Part shown: positions 61,501-64,000 of the stretch, piece by piece
How the letters are laid out: the number at the start of each line of letters is the position of its first letter
Position numbering within the stretch: the stretch's first letter is position 1
NCBI GenBank assembly: GCA_965224705.1
Contig: OZ245056.1
Span: forward strand, 2,144,001 to 2,208,000
DNA: 64,000 nucleotides
From: Spirochaetaceae bacterium
Lineage (GTDB): Bacteria; Spirochaetota; Spirochaetia; DSM-2461
Reading direction: 5' to 3'
The notes under the pieces: generated by a model
What the model saw: only the letters and a program-made list of their open reading frames with translations
Databases searched by the model: none
What the model was told of the DNA's origin: nothing
Program-made: the position numbers and the translations under genes

Positions 61501-61677
61501 GATTATTCAAGCGGGAGTCAGAGAGACCCCAGAGGGCCGTCGAGCGGGTCGTACCGGGTGTACCGCGGCGGCAGTTGGTCCGGCAACGGCAGGGACTTGC
61601 GGTCTGCCAATCGCAGCGACTTCTCGCCAGGTAATAGCAGCAGCTATCTGGGCTTCCGCCCCGTTCGGAGGACGTAA
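58573..61677 (+). CDS. Secreted caspase-like (peptidase C14) protein with coiled coil, PEGA-like, FN3-like and C-terminal FGE-sulfatase domains
   Basis: Signal peptide; KVALVIGNSAY, LKNPLNDA, YYSGHG (His), ILDACR (Cys), NSPFT; V.VNG...GTTP; SW...YWRVRA; YRLPTEAEWEYAARGG, NELGLYDMSGNVWEWC, RGGSW, GFR. Confidence 0.93.
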   Translation: MKKITLLLMLLIIAVLTLPAQEKVALVIGNSAYEHAASLKNPLNDAQDIGATLENLGFSVTRALDASRGEIQQVVDRFQEASSRRGTKVALFYYSGHGVEYEGSNYIIPVNAEIRNEYELVDQAFSADRIVKAMDRNRAAFNLVILDACRDNPFFSSRSGSRGLASMSGGGRSMIVFATSPGQVAADGSGRNSPFTKAFIEHAATPGLEVTAMMKAINGTVQKLTSGRQVPWYTTSYSEDVFLSAAEELTGADGLVGRVNREIAALEAAIAQREKAIASARTEAEKRLLELEQRRARAEESAKRMQAEQLAEIALRAKDFLQQKESEDALRASMEKQLSAQKAALTEQAKARRGELQKLNEKNAAEAGIWLRLEKIVSVKNAIAEIGQRFDAAIAKMEKEVNALYDQQKTAVKVENPKEPFETQEEYETRIRGMERSIEGKRRTELNRRRREFNNTRSTELADFQKQLPELKKDLDGRRFTLDFSATTVEVSPFNAKTKQFPMEVRPTDQRFKFAVPVAHTLKASGFEAMKKAYYQVYQADQTGGLAGELTYTAKEAHPDIWVLEANRARVVNLLENDAEVVRTVTPEEQMLVSTAGGKVDTLAAAVMLESQGGRANVSVNGKPAGTTPVLYTLPDYAGTVKVEYSWGASQRVFSIVLHSGLNAPAIASTQRLERRWGRADTARLGLAVEGLSPANKSKTENATPSLSWNAASGAAGYQVQMASSRGGLEKASPVGVASRRRSRGAYTPAEPLKRNQTHYWRVRAVDGNGHFGAWSAVESIAVVPIAVASINVHPVPVPDGYVLVEGGTFRMGSPSSEDGRDGDEKQHSVTVGSFYMKATEVTQKEWRKVMWRNPSRFRGNNRPVENVSWFDAVKYCNALSKREGLTPVYRINGDSVTANWSADGYRLPTEAEWEYAARGGSQSQGYKYAGSNNVDEVGWYGGNSGSSPVKDKKANELGLYDMSGNVWEWCWDWYGDYSSGSQRDPRGPSSGSYRVYRGGSWSGNGRDLRSANRSDFSPGNSSSYLGFRPVRRT
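61549..61677 (+). other. Candidate DGR variable region (VR)
   Basis: S-x-RV-x-RGGSW-xxx...RSANR-xxx-P...xxx-LGFR with all x positions encoded by NNC/NNT; GGA-loop hairpin at 61711-61725. Confidence 0.55.
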
Positions 61678-61954
61678 ATTTTTGGTTTTTTACCTTTTTA
61701 CCTTTTGCAGAAGCACGGAGTGCTTATCTGATGCGCTAGCGGCATGGGGGAAGAGGAGCCGATGGCTCAACGTAAAAGCCGCCGTTAGGCGGCATTAATA
61801 AAAACTGCACGGGCGTAAGCCCGTGCTCCCTACCTGCCGGTGCCAGGCCGTTAGGCCCGGTGCCAGCAGGTTTTGTCCGCCATCGGCGGACCGAAATTTC
61901 CCGGGTTTTTGGGGCGTGTTCAATGCTGTTATTGTCACGATTCAATGATACCAG

Positions 61955-61973
61955 AAGTCTGTCGGATTTTAAG
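61955..61973 (+). repeat. Isolated left TIR of MITE family 1
   Basis: aagtctgtcggattttaag. Confidence 0.55.
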
Positions 61974-61982
61974 GCAGCGATG

Positions 61983-62211
61983 CAGGGCAATCGCATCTCA
62001 TACTATCCCCAAAAAATAGAAAACACTGATTCTGGGGGATCGATAGGAAATTTCTCGTGTTTCAAAGAATGTGAAATCTCCTAAAAGCGACACTAAACCA
62101 CAGAGTTACGCAGAGAAAAACCAGGTAAAAGCTTGGTGATTATTAACTAATAAACCCTCTGCGCTCTCTGCGTCCTCTGCGGTTAAAAAACCATGAATAA
62201 GGCTTTCATAA
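61983..62211 (+). mobile_element. Second, diverged copy of MITE family 3 lacking its right TIR
   Basis: CAGGGCAATCGCATCT start; blocks tcaaagaat..aatctcctaaaagc, cgcagagaaaaa, ctctgcgtcctctgcggtt and atgaataaggc are shared with the reverse complement of 31302-31539. Confidence 0.75.
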
Positions 62212-62338
62212 CAGGTTTTATTTCTCATCGCTAAAAAAGGAAACGGTTCGTAAGCGGCTCGGGCCGGGTGAAACGGGCGACGGCTGCGGGTTTCGCCGCA
62301 TCCCGGCACTTAACCGCCTGGCGGGAGAGCCGCCTAAA

Positions 62339-63129
62339 TCACCATGACTTCAGATACCCGTTGGCTACCTCAATATGATCGCCCTGCTGGGTAATAAGAT
62401 AGACACCCGCCTTTTTTGATGATTTGATCAGGGCTTCTCTGGCGACCATTGAAGCAATACCGAAATGGAGGGTGTGGTTACGGTATTGAGTGTATTTATT
62501 TCTAAAAAACTTCGTTTTCCCTCTGGCCAGTTCTTCAACCTGATCCGGATGGGCCTTGTACTTCACTTCCAGAATCATAACATGCGACCCGTTGATGAGC
62601 ATCATATCAAATTCCGGGGACTTATTGGACAGGCGCACATTGCTTTCAATGGAGTCAAATTGAATACCCGCCAGCTTCAATGTTTTGCTTACACTGCTGA
62701 AGAAAAATTCTTCGGCCGATTGTCCGGTGGTAAGGCCAATGGCCGCCAGTTGGGCTCCCACACTGTCCAATTTTCGAGAAGTTTCCTCCATCTGCTTGCT
62801 TGTTTTAGCCTGGAATTGTCGGAGTTTTTCCATCTCCATGTCAAATTTTTTACCGGATTCAGCCTGGGATTGGCGGAGCTGGTCAATCTGTTTGCTGGTT
62901 TCAGCCTGGAATTGTCGGAGTTTTTCCATCTCCATGTCAAACTTTTGGCCGGATTCAGCTGGGATTGTCGGAGTTTTTCCATCTCCATGTCAAACTTCTT
63001 GCCGGATTCGGCCTGGGATTGCCGGAATTTGTCCATTTCCATGTCAAACTTTTTACTGGATTCGGCCTGGGACTGGCGGAGTTTGTCAATTCCCTGGAGA
63101 ATATCCTGCATATTAAGTTCCCTGTCCAT
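62339..63129 (-). pseudogene. Coiled-coil-repeat protein with a C-terminal PD-(D/E)XK-like domain (DUF3782-like), split by a single-base deletion
   Basis: 54-bp repeats encoding SQAES.KKFDMEMEKLRQ; AEEFF, EFD....NG....ILEVK motifs; one repeat reads cccagctgaa instead of cccaggctgaa near 62958. Confidence 0.75.
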
Positions 63130-63259
63130 GAGAAAAGAATACTGAATGCCGGGGAATAAGTCAAAAGTATTTGTTGCGATTCACTCCGGGTGATGCCTTT
63201 GAATGCTGGAGCACTCAAGAATCCCTTGCATCCCTTAAGAAACAAATCCTTAAGTTCCT

Positions 63260-63981
63260 TCTCGTCCTTTTTCTCAATATCTTCAATGCCATAGTGGTGC
63301 CTGGTTCTTTCAACAGCGCAGTATATCCTGGGCCCCTTTCCATCGTTTTCGGCTGTGCTTGCGGCATATTCGCTGTAATACCCTGTATCAGTACAGACAC
63401 TCTCAATCTCTCTAATCTCCGCATCAACCGAATCGATAGCAGGATTAAGTTCTTTCTTATCATTGGTATGATTGGTTATATAGGATGCAAGAATGAGCAT
63501 GCTTCCCTCGGTGTCCACGACCGCCTGGGCATTATAGCATTGCTCATAGTCATTGCCGCCTCCACACCTCATAATTCGGCTCTCCTCATCGGTGAAATTC
63601 ACCTGCATCTTATCAGGGACACCTTCTTCATCCTGGGGTCTTCCAGGCTTGCGTCCCACCTTCTTGCCAGCTTTCTTCATCTCCTCCCTGTGCGCCGTCT
63701 GCTTCTCGTACTCTGCCTTCCTATCCTTTTTTTCCTGTTCATACCTTTCTTCTATTATTCTTCGGGCCTCTTTCAGTTTCTTCTTTCTTTCTTCTCGCCT
63801 TGAAAGCTCTTCAGGGATGGTCAAACCATCCTCCAGCGGTGTGCTATCGGCTTGTTCCGCTACCCACTCCCGGAGATCCGGGGGAAACAGCATGGGCGTT
63901 TCCCTGTCTACAGTGACAAATTTTGATGACATAACTTTGAGTGTAAGCGTTTTATGCATTCTCTTAAAGTCCGACAGGCTC
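63260..63981 (-). mobile_element. IS1182-family remnant (left IR plus internally deleted, 3'-truncated transposase)
   Basis: IR GAGCCTGTCGGACTTTAAG at 63981-63963; F...DR...MLFPPDLREW joined directly to AE.AD...DG..IPEEL.RRE.R; NFTD.ESRIM, YNAQA.VD, DTGYYS. Confidence 0.85.
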
Positions 63982-64000
63982 CATGGGCAGGGAACTGGCG

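Noticed and set aside
62955..63260. C-terminal part of the 334-aa ORF as genuine transposase
   Set aside because: Read-through from the truncated IS1182 into intergenic DNA and an off-frame of the repeat gene.
137..63803. Numerous 60-240 aa ORFs overlapping assigned genes on other frames or strands
   Set aside because: No motifs or RBS support; expected shadow ORFs.
1..64000. CRISPR array, cas genes, reverse transcriptase, DGR template repeat or Avd
   Set aside because: No regularly spaced direct repeats with unique spacers, no RT motif in any long ORF, and no AAC-rich copy of the candidate VR seen by eye.

Overview
Bacterial chromosome segment, almost certainly from a free-living or host-associated Spirochaetales. 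This is inferred from the gene orders flgN-flgK-flgL-fliW-csrA, spoVG-tRNA-Gln-rplY-pth-tilS-ftsH and infC-rpmI-rplT-zapB-zapA-PilZ, and from the long insertions in FlgK/FlgL. The housekeeping backbone also carries mutL, lepA, pta, dapB, dapA, pncB, ligA and three tRNA genes (Cys, Gln and a damaged Pro). Accessory blocks are: (i) a lipoprotein with 7 FN3-like repeats and an FGE-sulfatase domain, then a decayed IS1380 with a nested ISAs1-type MITE and a four-gene ABC cassette (26.8-36 kb); (ii) an eroded defence islet next to tRNA-Pro (47-50.8 kb); (iii) a TAXI-TRAP-Usp cassette, a secreted caspase/FGE-sulfatase protein, a frameshifted repeat nuclease-like gene and an IS1182 remnant (54.7-64 kb). 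At least three miniature inverted-repeat element families are scattered throughout. The strongest leads are the following. The 3' end of the caspase gene looks like the variable region of a diversity-generating retroelement, but no RT or template repeat is visible in the window. An unannotated three-way-junction RNA with kissing-loop complementarity lies upstream of an operon encoding a pore-less voltage-sensor-like protein. One inverted-repeat family sits at gene 3' ends and supplies the stop codon of ligA. All product calls come from motif recognition by eye; no database searches were run.
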